DNA of 59,879 bases, filler included, from Sphacelaria rigidula (Eukaryota): NCBI GenBank assembly GCA_964200075.2. It is 5 parts of 5 records of this genome, joined end to end, with 100 filler letters (N's around TTAATTAATTAA, not from the genome) between each part and the next. Parts side by side here need not be neighbours in the genome. Positions count along the whole stretch, not along the records: positions 23,996 to 35,891 come from CAXNAA020004362.1; positions 35,992 to 47,886 come from CAXNAA020004363.1; 3 more parts are not named here. One strand, 5' to 3'. The first letter of the stretch is position 1, and each line of letters starts with the position of its first letter. Below, one piece after another: positions 24,174-37,033 of the stretch. A program made the translations under genes and the position numbers. The notes under the pieces were generated by a model. The model did not search any database. It was given only the letters and a program-made list of their open reading frames with translations, and was not told the origin of the DNA.

Positions 24174-25064
24174 CAGGACTGTGAACTGAACCAGGTAACA
24201 CTGTCGTCTGAACTGGAGCTAGAGTTGAACCGGAACTAGTGACGAGGACGCCAGTTGTCGAGGTAATCTGAAGTTGGCCGTTGGGTTATTTGGATTGTTC
24301 CGCTCCGTGAATGCGAAGAATTAATGCTTCATTCTCACGAATTTTAATCCTTTATATCAAGTTTTTTTTTTAGTTTTTTTTTTAGTTTTTTTTACTGTTT
24401 ATATTTTCTTTTCTTATTTTTTATTCATGTATGGGATTTAGTAACTCCCCCCCCCTAAAAAACCCTCCAGGATTGAAAGAAGGGGCATAATGTCTTGGAT
24501 TGTTTTTTTGGAGCACTCTCGGATGGCATTCAAATCCTATTCAAAGCGGTGAGCGATTCGAAAATCATTAATCTGTAACATGCAGCAGCAGACTCCCCGT
24601 GAGGAGAGGGAGATGCAAACAAGCCGAGGCTGGCAACACGCGGGGATAGGAGCGCAAAATGATTCACTTCCGGAACCACAAGCACGCATGCTGTTGAATT
24701 GCAAGCCATGGTGTACTTTGTGTTTTGTGGTCGCGGATTACCATTCGTTTGCTATTTTTTATTCTAGATGTATGTCGTGCGATGAAACGACAAACCTGAC
24801 ACATATCTGCAATAATATCACTTCGAGGTGTAGTGACCACGAGTACTGTACTGTCCGTACCTACACTGTTATCAGGTGCAGAACCCAATCCTACTGTCAT
24901 TTTGTTCGTAATCATGTACGCATCTTTGTTATAATATCACCATACTAAAAAATGGTATAAACATAGCCGGTAACGGCAAACTTCAAATAAACTGGATAAA
25001 CTGGAGTTCTCATCACCAGTTCCAGCTTAACTGCCAGTACAAACTGGTCCAGTTCACAGCCCTA
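24174..25064. mobile_element. non-autonomous DNA transposon with hAT-like ends
   Basis: Ends caggactgtgaactgaaccag and (rc) tagggctgtgaactggaccag, with imperfect inverted similarity over about 110 bp and aactgg subterminal motifs. No intact TSD. Confidence 0.65.
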
Positions 25065-25168
25065 ATATACGAGGGAACTCACGAAAACCAAAATTTGACA
25101 TGTGTTGCATCATAATACATGAACAGCCTGGGTGGACCCTGATACGGGCGGGGTGGTGCATGCAGTAG

Positions 25169-25479
25169 AGTTCACCGCTTGGGATGATGAGAAATTTCTC
25201 AGATAGTTCGACTTGTTATTTGTGTGAACAGCGAAAATCCGGATCTTAAATGGGACTTTCTCCAAGCGTGCTCTCAGCTTGCGCAGAACGCGTTTTGGTC
25301 GAAATCGGCGCCTGGGGCGCCGATTTGAGGTCTAGCAACGCACCCTTTGCTTATGTAACGCTGTCTACCCCCTCGCCCGAGGGTTCTCGGCGTGCCCTCG
25401 TGGGAGTTAGGGTGAGTGTCATAGTTTGTTCGAAGTTATAAGTTTCTGAGAATTTTCTCACCATCCCAAGTGGTGAACT
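25169..25479. mobile_element. MITE with about 34-bp TIRs
   Basis: agttcaccgcttgggatgatgagaaatttctcaga versus (rc) agttcaccacttgggatggtgagaaaattctcaga. Confidence 0.8.
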
Positions 25480-26379
25480 GACCTCGGTGCATGGTGGCGC
25501 AGGGGACGAGAAGATAGCCGTCCCTGGTAGTGCTCTCTACCGTGAACTAACGGGCGGCATCCACCCTTTTGGCCTATACCATGCGAATGGCAATACTTTT
25601 AGATGAAATATATATTTTCGAGATTCTTGAAATGTGGAAATAATATTTTCTTATCCAGAAATTTAATGCATGTATCACCCTAAAATGAAGTATCACTCTG
25701 ATGATATCTACCGTTTTGGCCTGTTGAACACGAGTGACGATGTACTAGAACACACGAACACATCGATAGAACGTGTGAACAAAAAAGTACTTATCCCCGT
25801 CCACCCATTCTTCTTCACCCGGGGATTACAAGAACTGTATCCCCTCTCCCGTTACGAACGCACTTACACACGGATGGCGATGCCACCGAAAACGCGGGGG
25901 GGTATCGGTACAACCTATTCGCCACATGATAATCCATGATGACGCCCTCCTCCCCTCATCCCCTTCCGGGAGATGAAATTAACGCATCCTCTCCTTGAAC
26001 AGTCTCAGCAGGAAGGGGGTGTTGTCCGACGTTTTAGCCATTCGCGGCCGGACAACAAAAACTTCGAGCATCTGACCAGTACCAACAGAAATACTGCAAT
26101 CTACCCTAGCTTTTTTTTTTTCTTCTACAACGGGGATATAGATACCATGGGCAACTTTTTGTCCGATTCCCCTTGACCGCCCTACAAGCTGGGCCACCTT
26201 AAAAGCGGCTAAAACTTGCTCACAACACAGCTTTCCCAGTTTCCCGAATGAGCCCGATGTAAGCATATCACTGTGAAATGTAGACCAACCTGGTATAATA
26301 GCACACGGCACCGCCGCCGAATATAAACAAAAATTGAAGAAAAGTGTACTGCATAATGTATGAACTTAACTACGGACGA

Positions 26380-26455
26380 AAAAAAAAGAGGATCTGTCGG
26401 GATTCGAACTCATGACCTCCATAATTGGAGTCTCCCATCACTTGAATTATAGGGG
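26380..26455 (-). pseudogene. degenerate tRNA-like sequence / SINE head
   Basis: Minus strand reads ggaggtcatgaGTTCGAATCCcgacagatcc followed by a T-run. The stems are broken. Confidence 0.3.
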
Positions 26456-29400
26456 TGCAGCACCGTCACGAAAAATGTTGAATGCACGGCCCAATTCGAC
26501 GACTCTTGGGCTAAAATTTTAGGTAAACCTTCTGACCCAAGGAAACGATACCTCACGTGACCAGCTGCAGATTCTCGTTTTTTTCCTGTACTCACGACAT
26601 TATCTCGTTTTTACTAAAATTTCAAATGCCCATAACTTTTTTTTTTCTTTGCTGCTGACGTGATTCTCTGCATTTCGATCATATAAGGCTGCTGTCAAAA
26701 TTTCAGCGTCCGACTCCTAATATCGCGCCGTGCGTCGCCTGAGCGAGATTCACACCTCCTCTTGGCTGGCCCAGCTGGTAGGGAGTGGGTTATATGGGAA
26801 TTCATCGTCAAAATTCATGTGGTTGGCATATTCTGAATTGTTGGAATCCCGTCTCCAAAGTTATGACTTATCGAGACAGGTAGAATCTGTTTACGAACAA
26901 ATTTGTGCCTACAACGACCATTTTCAGTCTTCTCCAAAACATTTTTTAGACCAATGGAAAGCAAACGTGTGCTCAAGTGATCAGCGGCTACGGCGTGGGC
27001 ATGTATAGGAAAGTGCCGATTAGGTCCACCTTGAGCCACCCCTGACGCCAATGACGGGTTTGTCGGCAGTGTTTCGACTTGAACCGACATATTGGTATTC
27101 AACGATAGCTTAGACTACTCTCCAACATCCACCTAAAAAAGGAAGAAAAAAAAAGAGTGATATGGAGAGGCGGTAGCGGCTCTGCGGTTCATGGTTCCTC
27201 CGCGCAAAAGAGTCTAGAAAGTACGACTGCTGTCCTATTAAGCACATTTTTGCGTATAACGCGATTACCTGCGTTCTGGGACCTCTCAGAATCCAATATT
27301 TGGTGTGCACATCATGTGTGTTCTTGACATCACTCTCGAAGAAAAAAGCACACTCATGCCCACATCCGGGGACAAAAAACACACATCCCCGGGGTTCAGG
27401 ACTGTCGATTTCGGGGCAATTTTTCGTGTATTTTACTTCATGCGTGCCCCGTGCACGGCAGGCGATGGAAAACCAACAGTTTGATGCATTGGTTGACTGT
27501 TGTGTGGATATGTGAAGGCTCCCGAAAATAATCATGGATTTTGTGCCAGTTTGTTCATTTTATCGGGGTTCAAACATGAGCACACGCTCCTGATTTCGCC
27601 CGCGTCGCACTTGAAAGCAGTATAAAAAAATCTTGTCTGGTCAAAACTGCTGTAGGACCGACTGCTGTACCCTTCTCACATCCGCTCTTCAGGTGGCGAG
27701 TGCAGCACAACGCTAAAACAGCCTTCTCAGCCGCCGTAGGTGTCGTGTGCTCGCTCCTGTCAGTGATTCGGGCCGCTTGGGCCACGCTCAAGTCTATATG
27801 TCGTGTCACCTTTTGCTTCGTTTTTAGCAGCACGATCGACACCAAACCAACATCAGCCTACACGGCCAGACCCAATGTGGCTGCTGTAGCTCGTGAGTGA
27901 TGAGGTCGATCTGCACGCTGAAGAGCGCAAACGAAGGCTAGAGATGTAGACTCACCGTTGCGAACGAAAAAAAAAGAAGAGTTCCATGTACGAGTAGTGA
28001 GCGTCATTTTGTAACCGTTCTTTCCCAAGTGTGCTTGATATGGCACTGGGCCTAATAGGACACTTTCCTCTAATGTCTGTCGTCCGCGGGTGTAGTGAAG
28101 AGTGAAGCTCTCGGTTGCATGTGTTGTTGTGTTGGGCTGTGTGTCACATGTATGAATGTGCCCCTGTGGTGATAACGTTTTTTTTTTCCGCTTCGAGCGA
28201 ACAGATTGCCGTTTCGTGCAAACCGACGCTTTTTCGATATTCTTGGGGGAGAGGGTGATATTACCCAGATGCATTACTGGTGCACAGATTTTGAGCAAAC
28301 AGGGGTTTCCGCCTCGATATCACACCGTCTAGCCTCAAGCATTTGACGGTCAGGGTGGGTGGGTGATCCGTTGGAAGATAATGATTTTCCACAATCACTA
28401 ATTCCACCCGCACGGATCCCTTTTGTTTTTTGTGGGCCGTACGTTGTGAAGAGCCTGAAAGGAGAGGTCGGGGAGTGGTTCTGTACTTTGATGATGATTC
28501 ACCGTGATTTTTTGCTTTTACCGACAACAGTGAGTCTGGAAAAACCGACCGCGTGCTTGATTCCACCACTACTACTACTACTACTACCGTAGATTGGATA
28601 ATATATCACACTTATACCATGTACCACACTCGTGTGTTATTCAGTGTTGTTCCTTCTCAATAATTGTGGAGGCATTGTACTGAAATTATAATTCATTATC
28701 CGCGGCGTCAATTGGAGACGGTCATACTCGAAGGCCATGAAATATGGTGACACTAAGGGAGCAGACGTCCTCGGAAGAGAGGTCTCCACATCAGCACGGA
28801 TACCTGGCGCTACAGACCAGCCATCGCGCGTTTGGCAGCCGAATGGGGAAGGATCAAGGGTCGGACAAAAAATGATTCGTCTGGAAATCACTTGGTTTTA
28901 GTAAAATGTTTCGACTCGTGACGCGTCAATCCCTAGGCTTTATTTCAGCGTTGCAACCCAGGTACACGCAGCCCACCCAGACACGTGGAATGGCGCACAA
29001 GTTGCGTGGATACCCCTTGGACCAGCGATCAACTTTTTTCTCCTTTTGGGGCAATCAGGCCGAAGAAATCGTGAATTAGGTGATTCCTAGTCGTGATGAT
29101 TCGTCCTAACCGTGGAAAGGATAGATATCACCACGAAAGGGGGGAGCGTTTATTGCACGAAATGTATTCGCGCACGGTAATGCCCGACGAAGTTGACACT
29201 GTGTCCCTAGTGCCAGTACAACGATTACTGAAGTACTAACTGTACGATGCGAGCCACGCCTCGACAGGGCTTGAATACCCGCCATCCATCCGTGAAAAAA
29301 AATCATATTGCAACTCGCATTCTGTCCTATTCAGGAACCAAGTGAAAATTTTGCCCGAGAGCGATCACGCGCCTGCCAGAGAAGGGTGAATATATTCACG

Positions 29401-29981
29401 TGGCAGTACACCACCGAAGTGTATCCGATTGAAGTCTGGCACTGTGAGGGAGGAGACGTTGCCCCCTGCCCGAACAGGTCTCTGACAGAAGACACTCTTT
29501 TCCTTGGCTGCGTTGTGCTCCTGCGTCTTGCTCGGCACGGCGTATAAAACTCGAAGGCATCTGCCTCCTTCATAAGGAGAACCTAAACTTGTGATTATTT
29601 CCCGCCTTGGTGTCAGCCTCGACCAACAGGGGGCCGATGTAAACAACAAGGATGGCAAGATCTACTCCTGCCTCCGCGCGGATTTCATATCGCTACCCTC
29701 TAGGATTGTCATCGAAAACTGTCTTTGTTTTCGGAATCACTACAGCATCGTGCATAATCATCCTTTGAAGACACGCAGCGCACAAAACGCCTTGGGTCGC
29801 CGAAACTGCTGCGTCAACACCTACCTGCGGCTTCAGTCCGCACATACGTCAAGTTTCAGTATCATGAGGGTTAGCGCCTGGCGTACTGTGTTGGGGCGCC
29901 TTATTTTTCCAAAAATACCGCCTCCATATTATTGAAAAGGGATACCCCTGTATTCTTTTCAACTCCGAAACAGTGCCAATT

Positions 29982-30470
29982 CATCACACGGTGACGTAAG
30001 ATATAACACCCTCTGGGTTGAGACGCACATCATCCACGGAGCCCCGGCTCATCACACGGGTATGATATAATGCGTGACAACGCACACAACCACACGCACC
30101 TTGCTGGCCATAGCTGTGGAGACCGACAATATCATGGAAAAGGATGCAGAACATAACCCTGCCGAAAGCTCCGCGCTCCAGACTGTAGTGCGTCAGACTC
30201 CAGCGGCAACTCCACGGTCCATAGAGGCGTTTTTTCAACTCGCTGCAGGGGAAATCTGTCCATCACACCCATTATTATCACACCCCGTGTGGGGATATCC
30301 TTATAGCGCCCTTATTACAGGCGATCTTATCACACCGCTGCATGTGGGGTCCTGTGGGTGCGCATTTCATCACACCGGTGACTGAGGATATCACACCCCA
30401 TGCACAATACCTCACCAGTGTGGGGCCTTTTTTACGCCCGACATGTTATCACACGGGTGTGATATCTTAC
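29982..30470. repeat. cluster of ATCACAC/GTGTG motifs (transposon subterminal-type array)
   Basis: At least eight (c/t)atcacac copies, plus inverted gtgtg copies. Confidence 0.6.
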
Positions 30471-30756
30471 GCAACTTATGGTACCACCATACAGCATGTT
30501 TATGTTCCATAGTGGTTACCGTCTGTACAGGGTCGAGATAATCAAAAGAGTGAGTAAGGAGAACACGAAAGCTCGTGAAGCCTCCACGGCGTGTGTGAGC
30601 GCGCTGTGTGTGCTGGCTGTCAAACGGACAAGAAAGCTCTGCCACCCTGTGAGATGTCGCCGTGTCTTTTTTTGTTCCCGTGACACAACAAGGGGGTTTG
30701 GAAAAGCCGCGGCGAGTCTGCTTCTTTTCCAACCGTATTCTTGTTCAGTGGCCTTT

Positions 30757-30915
30757 CTCGAAACCTTGGAGCTAAGCGAATGTAAAAAGTGGACCAGACT
30801 CCTCTCGGCGCGGTGATGCAAAGTGTCCAAGGCGTGTCATGGCTATATTCCTTGTTCAAGTACCAAAAACCGTGTCAAAGGCCCAAAAAGTGGAAAAATG
30901 CGACCTCAAAAAATG
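30757..30915. repeat. single arm of the foldback MITE family (32162-32591)
   Basis: ctcgaaaccttggagctaagcgaat...ctcctctc.gcg.ggtgatgc.aagtgtc matches 32414-32484. Confidence 0.7.
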
Positions 30916-31007
30916 CCTGCCGTACGAAACGGTCTAATCCCGCACCCTAACAGTATTTTAACCGCCTAAGCTGTTTCCCGCTCATGTTTTCCCGTGCTGT
31001 CTGTCAG

Positions 31008-31121
31008 ATACACCAAAATGCGTGTGTGGCCCAGTTGGAGGTTCAGACGAAGAACGGATCCGCAGCACAAGGATCCAGCGCCGCCCACGCTGCGATGTTG
31101 GAGACACGGCTTAACGATGAG
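31008..31121 (+). CDS. candidate orphan exon, unknown protein
   Basis: Pyrimidine tract and tgtcag|ATA...GAG|gtgcgc. 38 codons, phase 0-0: IHQNACVAQLEVQTKNGSAAQGSSAAHAAMLETRLNDE. Confidence 0.45.
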
Positions 31122-31131
31122 GTGCGCATTT

Positions 31132-31197
31132 ATTGTCGTCGTCGTCGTCGTTATTGTTGTTGTTGTTGTTGTTGTTGTTGCTGTTTTTGTTGTTGTT
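31132..31197. repeat. (GTC)n(GTT)n microsatellite
   Basis: Direct reading of the sequence. Confidence 0.95.
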
Positions 31198-32161
31198 CTC
31201 TCCGCGCATCGTAGACCCATGTGTAGACGACATGCGGATGACCGGTTTTTGTTGGACCCGATAATTTGTTACCCGAGGGTAAGAGTGCGTATCACCCTCA
31301 GGCTCGGGTGAAACCGAATAAAGCCCGGTCTTGAACAAAAGGAGAAAAAGCGAGGGCGAGGTTTTGAGGAGGAGAATAAGAGTGGCGATTCAACTGTTTT
31401 GAATCCTGCTGATTGGTGATCGGTTGCTGTTCCGTAATTATCGCCCTCAGAATAACTCCCACTAAAAACGATCATTATTTCATGTATTTTAGTGAGAAGG
31501 GGCGAACAACCCGATGATATTGCGGTGGTTGCTCAAACGGCCGCAGCAGATCCATCGTCTATGGCAGCGGGACTGTTTGCGTATAAAGCAGTGATCCATC
31601 CACCTCTCCGCGTGTAGTCATGCTCTCATTTTGTTTTTTTATTGCCGTCGACAGGAAATGCTTCTCGTGATTATGACGTTTTCACGACTTCATTATCGTT
31701 TTTCATTCCGCTGCAAGACCCGGTCTAACACCCCCTTGTGATACGTCTTGGGTGGTTGTTTTTAGTGGACATGTCGGTTGGTACCTGTAGAGTGCTCTTG
31801 TATGTGGAGATATGCACAGTATTCGTAACGACTTTTGGTGTAATTGACGTTGTCTTCACATTGAAAACCGTTCCCATATCTGCGTAGTACTCGGTATTGG
31901 GTTTCTGACGCAGACGTCTTCCGTGATTACAGGTCGGTGTTTTGTGTGGAGGTCGCTGGATATCGTCTTTGGGGAGTGATCACTTGTATGACATGTAAAC
32001 CGGTGCTGAAGCCAGTATAGGAGCAGATCCAACCGTGGACTGTTGGAGGTGTCTGAAACTCTCATATCTGTACAGCCGATTTTTACGGGACCCTGTGCAG
32101 AAGTTCTCATCGGTGCAAGAGCTGCTAATATCAAGGGCCACCGTCGAGCCCTGGGGAGTTA

Positions 32162-32591
32162 GGCCGGATGTTATAGCGAACGTATTTTTGGCCCACGGAT
32201 TGTTCACTTTTGGGACGTTTGACCCACCTTTTGACCCCCAAACCAAGAAAACCGCCAACACACAAGTCGGACACTCTGCATCACCCCACATAGAGGAGCC
32301 TAGTCTGCTTTTCAGATTCGCTTGACTCCGAGGTTTCGAGATTGGCCGCTAAAGAAAAATTCGTGCGCAAAAATCTGAGCTTGTCGACCCCCGCCAGTTT
32401 AGTACGGCCAATCTTGAAACCTCGGAGCCAAGCGAATCTGAAAAGCAGACTAGGCTCCTCTCTGCGGGGTGATGCGAAGTGTCGGAGACACGTGTTGGCG
32501 GTTTTCTTGATTTGGGGATCAAACGGTGGGTCACACGTTCCGAAAGTGAACAATCCGTGGGCCAAAACTCTGTTTGCCACAACATCCGGCC
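32162..32591. mobile_element. PIF/Harbinger (Tourist-like) foldback MITE
   Basis: Inverted arms of about 187 bp (32162-32348 and 32405-32591) starting GGCCGGATGTT, flanked by TTA at 32159-32161 and 32592-32594. Confidence 0.88.
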
Positions 32592-34642
32592 TTAGAACTC
32601 TGACTGCATAACAGCACAAGGGAACACGAGCAACTATGCTGTACCCGGTGCAGGTTGACCACTAGAGCCCACCCCTCGACTACGGCCAATACTTGCCCAA
32701 ATGACAAGGAAGGAAACCATCGTCTAGCCTTAGCGATTGCTACCCTCCACCGTAGGTCACGATAGTATCACGTTTGAAATCCGAAATCTCGGTAGCCCGA
32801 GGGGTAGATGCAACGTATCCTTCATTGCAGAGTGCAGTACTGTAGATGTCAGCATATTGGCGAAAATACTCCCAGGCCTCTTCACTCAAGGCTGTCAGTT
32901 ATTCAGGGTTGCCCAAGGATGACGTATTGTACAACACGGCCTCTTGTTTTTGTTACAATGTGATGAATATACCACGTGGCACCGGAAATAGTGGGGAAAA
33001 TGATGACTCTGGACAAGGGGTGCCAGATATATGAAGTCTGGTACCACATCCTCCTCAGTTGCTCTTCGCCAAAATCTTTTATATAGTAATTATATTTTTT
33101 CACAGGGATTCCGAGTCGGTTGTTTTCCTTCTCTTCAAGTTTTTCATCGTATTTTTCGAGGGGTGTGGTGCGAATTTAAAATTTCCAAGGTTGGGTGTGA
33201 CCGTAGACCCTTTGACCGTGTGCGAGGATCATCTGTTGGAACAGCATCGATTTTGGTTCAAAATTTAGTGCGTGACCAAATGACCTACCCTCGCGGTCGA
33301 ATAGTTAAGGGTACCTATTCTCCCCACAGCTGCTCGCAACGCGGCATGGTTTACTATTTGCACGCGTCGGTGATAGCCACCGTTGTCCAGGTTACGATGA
33401 GGAATCAAAATACTTGGGGGTTGTTCGGGTTTGTCTTTTCTGCCGCTTGTTGTTCATACTCGAGTTTGTGACTTCGTGGCAGGGTGCGCTTGTACCGCGT
33501 ATGTCGAAATGTGTGTCATACTCCAGTCTTTCATGCTTCCGTGTGTATTTAGAAATCCTGTAACGGCTTTCGTGCTTGACACATGAGCCCTCGGTGCAGT
33601 GAATTAAAATGTGCTGCTTTCACGGGCTGCGCGTGTTGTACAAAACGAATCGATTGTCGAATTACGCGAAGCGCTTTCATGCAATCGATGGCCCATTGTC
33701 GCGCTAGCGCTCGTCGATTTTTCGGTGTTCTCATGCAAGTGTGTACCGACCTCTTCGTATATCATCATTGTTGAGAACCAGCTGGGCACACCGTGTGTTC
33801 TGCAGCAATGTTTTTCAGTATACACCGTTATGGGTAGGAATGGAGACCGATTTTGGGTACCATATTCATGGAAAGTGTAAGCTGAACGCTACATGCGTCA
33901 AAAGTGGTCCGTAATCCAACGAATCATATCAATGGAAAATACACGCGTCACCTACAAATGGCAATTTGGCTCAAAACAATGAACTATATTTCTAGTACAT
34001 TTATTCAAGCCTGGGAGTGGTCGGTGTTGAGGTGATTTTGTTCCTCCGGGAAGCTCGCTCCACATCAGTAGATAGACAATCTTGTTGCACTAGCTAATAG
34101 TGTCCTTCCTCTGTGTACCAGTCGGGGAGCACACGCCCGCGAGCTGCCATCCCACGTTTACCGTCCTTGCGAGATAACAAAAAAAGAGCGCAAACAGCAT
34201 CTGTTGTGGTCGCTACACACCAACGTAACTGCAGTGAAACGCGTGGCTGACATGGTGCTAGAACGAGAACGTACGGAAATTTGGAGATCATGAGCAGCAG
34301 CGTCGCGCATCTGAAAGCTACTGAGAACGATGCTTATGATGTTGGCGATCAAGAGGTTCATGCTGTGCGGATTGGCTACGCGCGGCATGTCCTACACACA
34401 GCTATGACTGCGGGATTGGAGGGTGAATTTCTCATTGGCCCCATGGGGTCAGGGTCATGGCATGAGTAGAGGGAATCCCACCTTGTCAGTCCCTTGAGCA
34501 CGGTCTGGTTCTCTCTGTCCAGATCAACATCTTCAACGTCGTTTTCTCGCTATTGTCGGTATGTACGAATATATGTACAGGCAGTCACTTGAAACATCGT
34601 GGCCCTGCCGACCTAGGCATACATGGTGCGCAGTCTGAAATT

Positions 34643-35140
34643 AAAATCACTCTTTGCGCCTTGACTTCTCCGCTGGAACCCTCAGACACAACAGCCGAAG
34701 TTCATGTGTGACCTCACTCTCTGCAACTCAATACATGGAGGGTACTCGCTGTTGAAAGGCGAAGTTGCCCTTCGTGCACGGCCGTACAGAACAAAGCAGC
34801 AGCACCTGGTGGCATGCCACAAAGTGAAAAACGAAGCTTCTCAAAAATTGCATAGTTTGCATCTCATTCTGATACGATCAATATAGTAGTACATACAAAC
34901 AGTTACTAAATATATGGCCGCGGTCACCAGCAGATGTAACGCACATACTCGTGTACTAAAATCACTCTCGACGCCTTGGCTTCTGCACTGGAGCCCTGAC
35001 ATGAAGCAGCCGGCAGCTTTGTCCTTCTTCTGTCAACTCTCCCTCTGTAATTCGACGCTTCAAAGGATACTCGCCGTTGAAAGGCGAATTTTCCCTTCGT
35101 GCACAGTCGCTCAGAACAAAGCAGCGCCTGGGGGCACGCA
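34643..35140 (+). repeat. diverged local direct duplication (about 34643-34818 and 34958-35140)
   Basis: aaaatcactct...tactcgc.gttgaaaggcgaa.tt.cccttcgtgcac...cagaacaaagcagc is present in both. Confidence 0.8.
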
Positions 35141-35891
35141 ACCCAAGTGCATGCTGTCACAACTTGCCTGCAGGAAGAAAAGTAGTATGCGCACCGATTT
35201 TTTCGAATTTGTCATCTTCGACCTCGAAAGACGCTAGTGATCCTCAACCCGAAAGTGCCGATCGCACACCGCTTACAACTCGGCAACGAAGCGAGGGATT
35301 GGACCGCGGTTTCTTGCGTGCGCTTCCCACACACCCAAACTATGTCGCAACGTTTAGTTGTTGCGTTTGCGCGTGATGCTGACTCGCAAATTACCTAAAT
35401 ATACTAAAATAAGGTGTTTTCTGCTCTGGGAGGGGATTTCGTGCCGCTGACGCGACGCCAGCAAAATACCAATTGTGAGCCTCTAGATCTTGTGTGTATG
35501 CGGGGGGCTGTCAAGTGCCGTGGACCGGCTTGCTTCCTGTGTCGAGAACCGCGCGATCTCCAGTGCTACAGCTTTCCCATACTACACCAACTGAATAAGT
35601 GATGGAAGTGTGTATTCTGTTCGTGAGGGCCTCGGCACAGGTCCGACCACCTACTGACGTGTTCATTATTCCTCCGCGTTATTTCTTATTTTTAATCTTG
35701 TGCCGATTTTTGGTCGTTAGGGCCCCCATTCCTACCCATAACAGTGCTGGGGCATCCTCAACCGGTATGCTCGTCGATCACGTGATCCACAACTCAATTC
35801 ATAGCCCCCCTTCGGATTTAGGAGTAGGAACGGTGCTCCGTCTCGAAAGGGATGCGTGGTCAATGGTCAAACGACTAAGGCAAGCAACAAA

Positions 35892-35991
35892 NNNNNNNNN
35901 NNNNNNNNNNNNNNNNNNNNNNNNNNNNNNNNNNNTTAATTAATTAANNNNNNNNNNNNNNNNNNNNNNNNNNNNNNNNNNNNNNNNNNNN
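35892..35991. other. artificial contig-joining spacer
   Basis: N44-TTAATTAATTAA-N44. Confidence 0.97.
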
Positions 35992-36094
35992 TCCCTCAGG
36001 TCATGAGAGTCGTTTTAATTCGGTAGATGTAGTTAAGAAAAGCCAAATCTTTAGTTTTCATATCTATTGCGAACTTCGCTCGACAGTAAGTACG

Positions 36095-37033
36095 GTAGAG
36101 CAACGAAAGCTAGCTGTGATCGGGTGTGCTTGCCGTAGTTGCGTAAAAGCCACAAGACCTTTGCTGTCGGCGGTTGATGGCGTGGGTGTCAAATGCAACG
36201 AGAAGTAGTTGATCGTAGAGCACGCTCGTCCCAGCTTGTAATGCATGATCTACTCACATCGCCATAGTTCTGGAAAGCTACTCGTACTGTACCGAGGTGT
36301 TCACGCGACCAGCGTGTGCTCCAGGTTGCAGCATGGACGGACTCCTATGCACCACACTAGCAACAGTTAGGTCGCCACAATAGGTATATTTGTTCACTTC
36401 GCATGTTAAAAAGGTCTCTACAAGTGATTGATCTCTCATATACTCCCCTAAACTGGCGTGTGGCACACTGCTGTGGTCGGGCACTCAGAGGGTCCGATGT
36501 GGGTAAAATCAATGGTGAATAACACCCCGCCAAGGTCAAATTGAATCCATTTGTCATGGCCGCACCCACCGCCCTTGCTGGCATGTGTGTGACAGAGAAC
36601 AGTAGCAGCGGTGACGGAAACATTGCCCTGTTTTTCAACGGCATGTTTTTCAGCGCACATAGGCGTGTCCTGTTCGAAAGGAGAGGCAGAGAGAAATCCA
36701 TCTTCGCATTGGTGAGCTCGACAGGGAATTGTAAGAGGAGTGGAAATCTCTCCGCAGCTCGATGTTTCGGCATATGGAAAATTGGACACATGGTAACATC
36801 GATGATGCCAGTCTCTCGAGCGTTTGGTAATCGCCGAGCGAGGACACACAAAGGACACGGGCGAGGAGCTTCCTCTCTGTCGTTGCTTCTCTCTCTGGTG
36901 ATTTCGTCAGCGACGCGCGTGTGCACCGCGTTCGTTAGGTGCACCCAGCCACAGCTGCTTAACTGCTGGGGACATTTGGGGGGAGGGAGATGGCTCCGCT
37001 CGGTCGTAAGTGTTTGGCGTCATCCCTGCAAAA
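36095..37033 (+). repeat. about 940-bp repeat, copy 1
   Basis: Collinear with 39580-40534. Shared blocks include tagagcaacgaaagcta, gtgtgacagagaacagtagc, tccatcttcgcattggtgagctc and tttggtaatcgccgagcgaggacacacaaaggacacgggcgaggagcttcctctctg. Confidence 0.92.
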
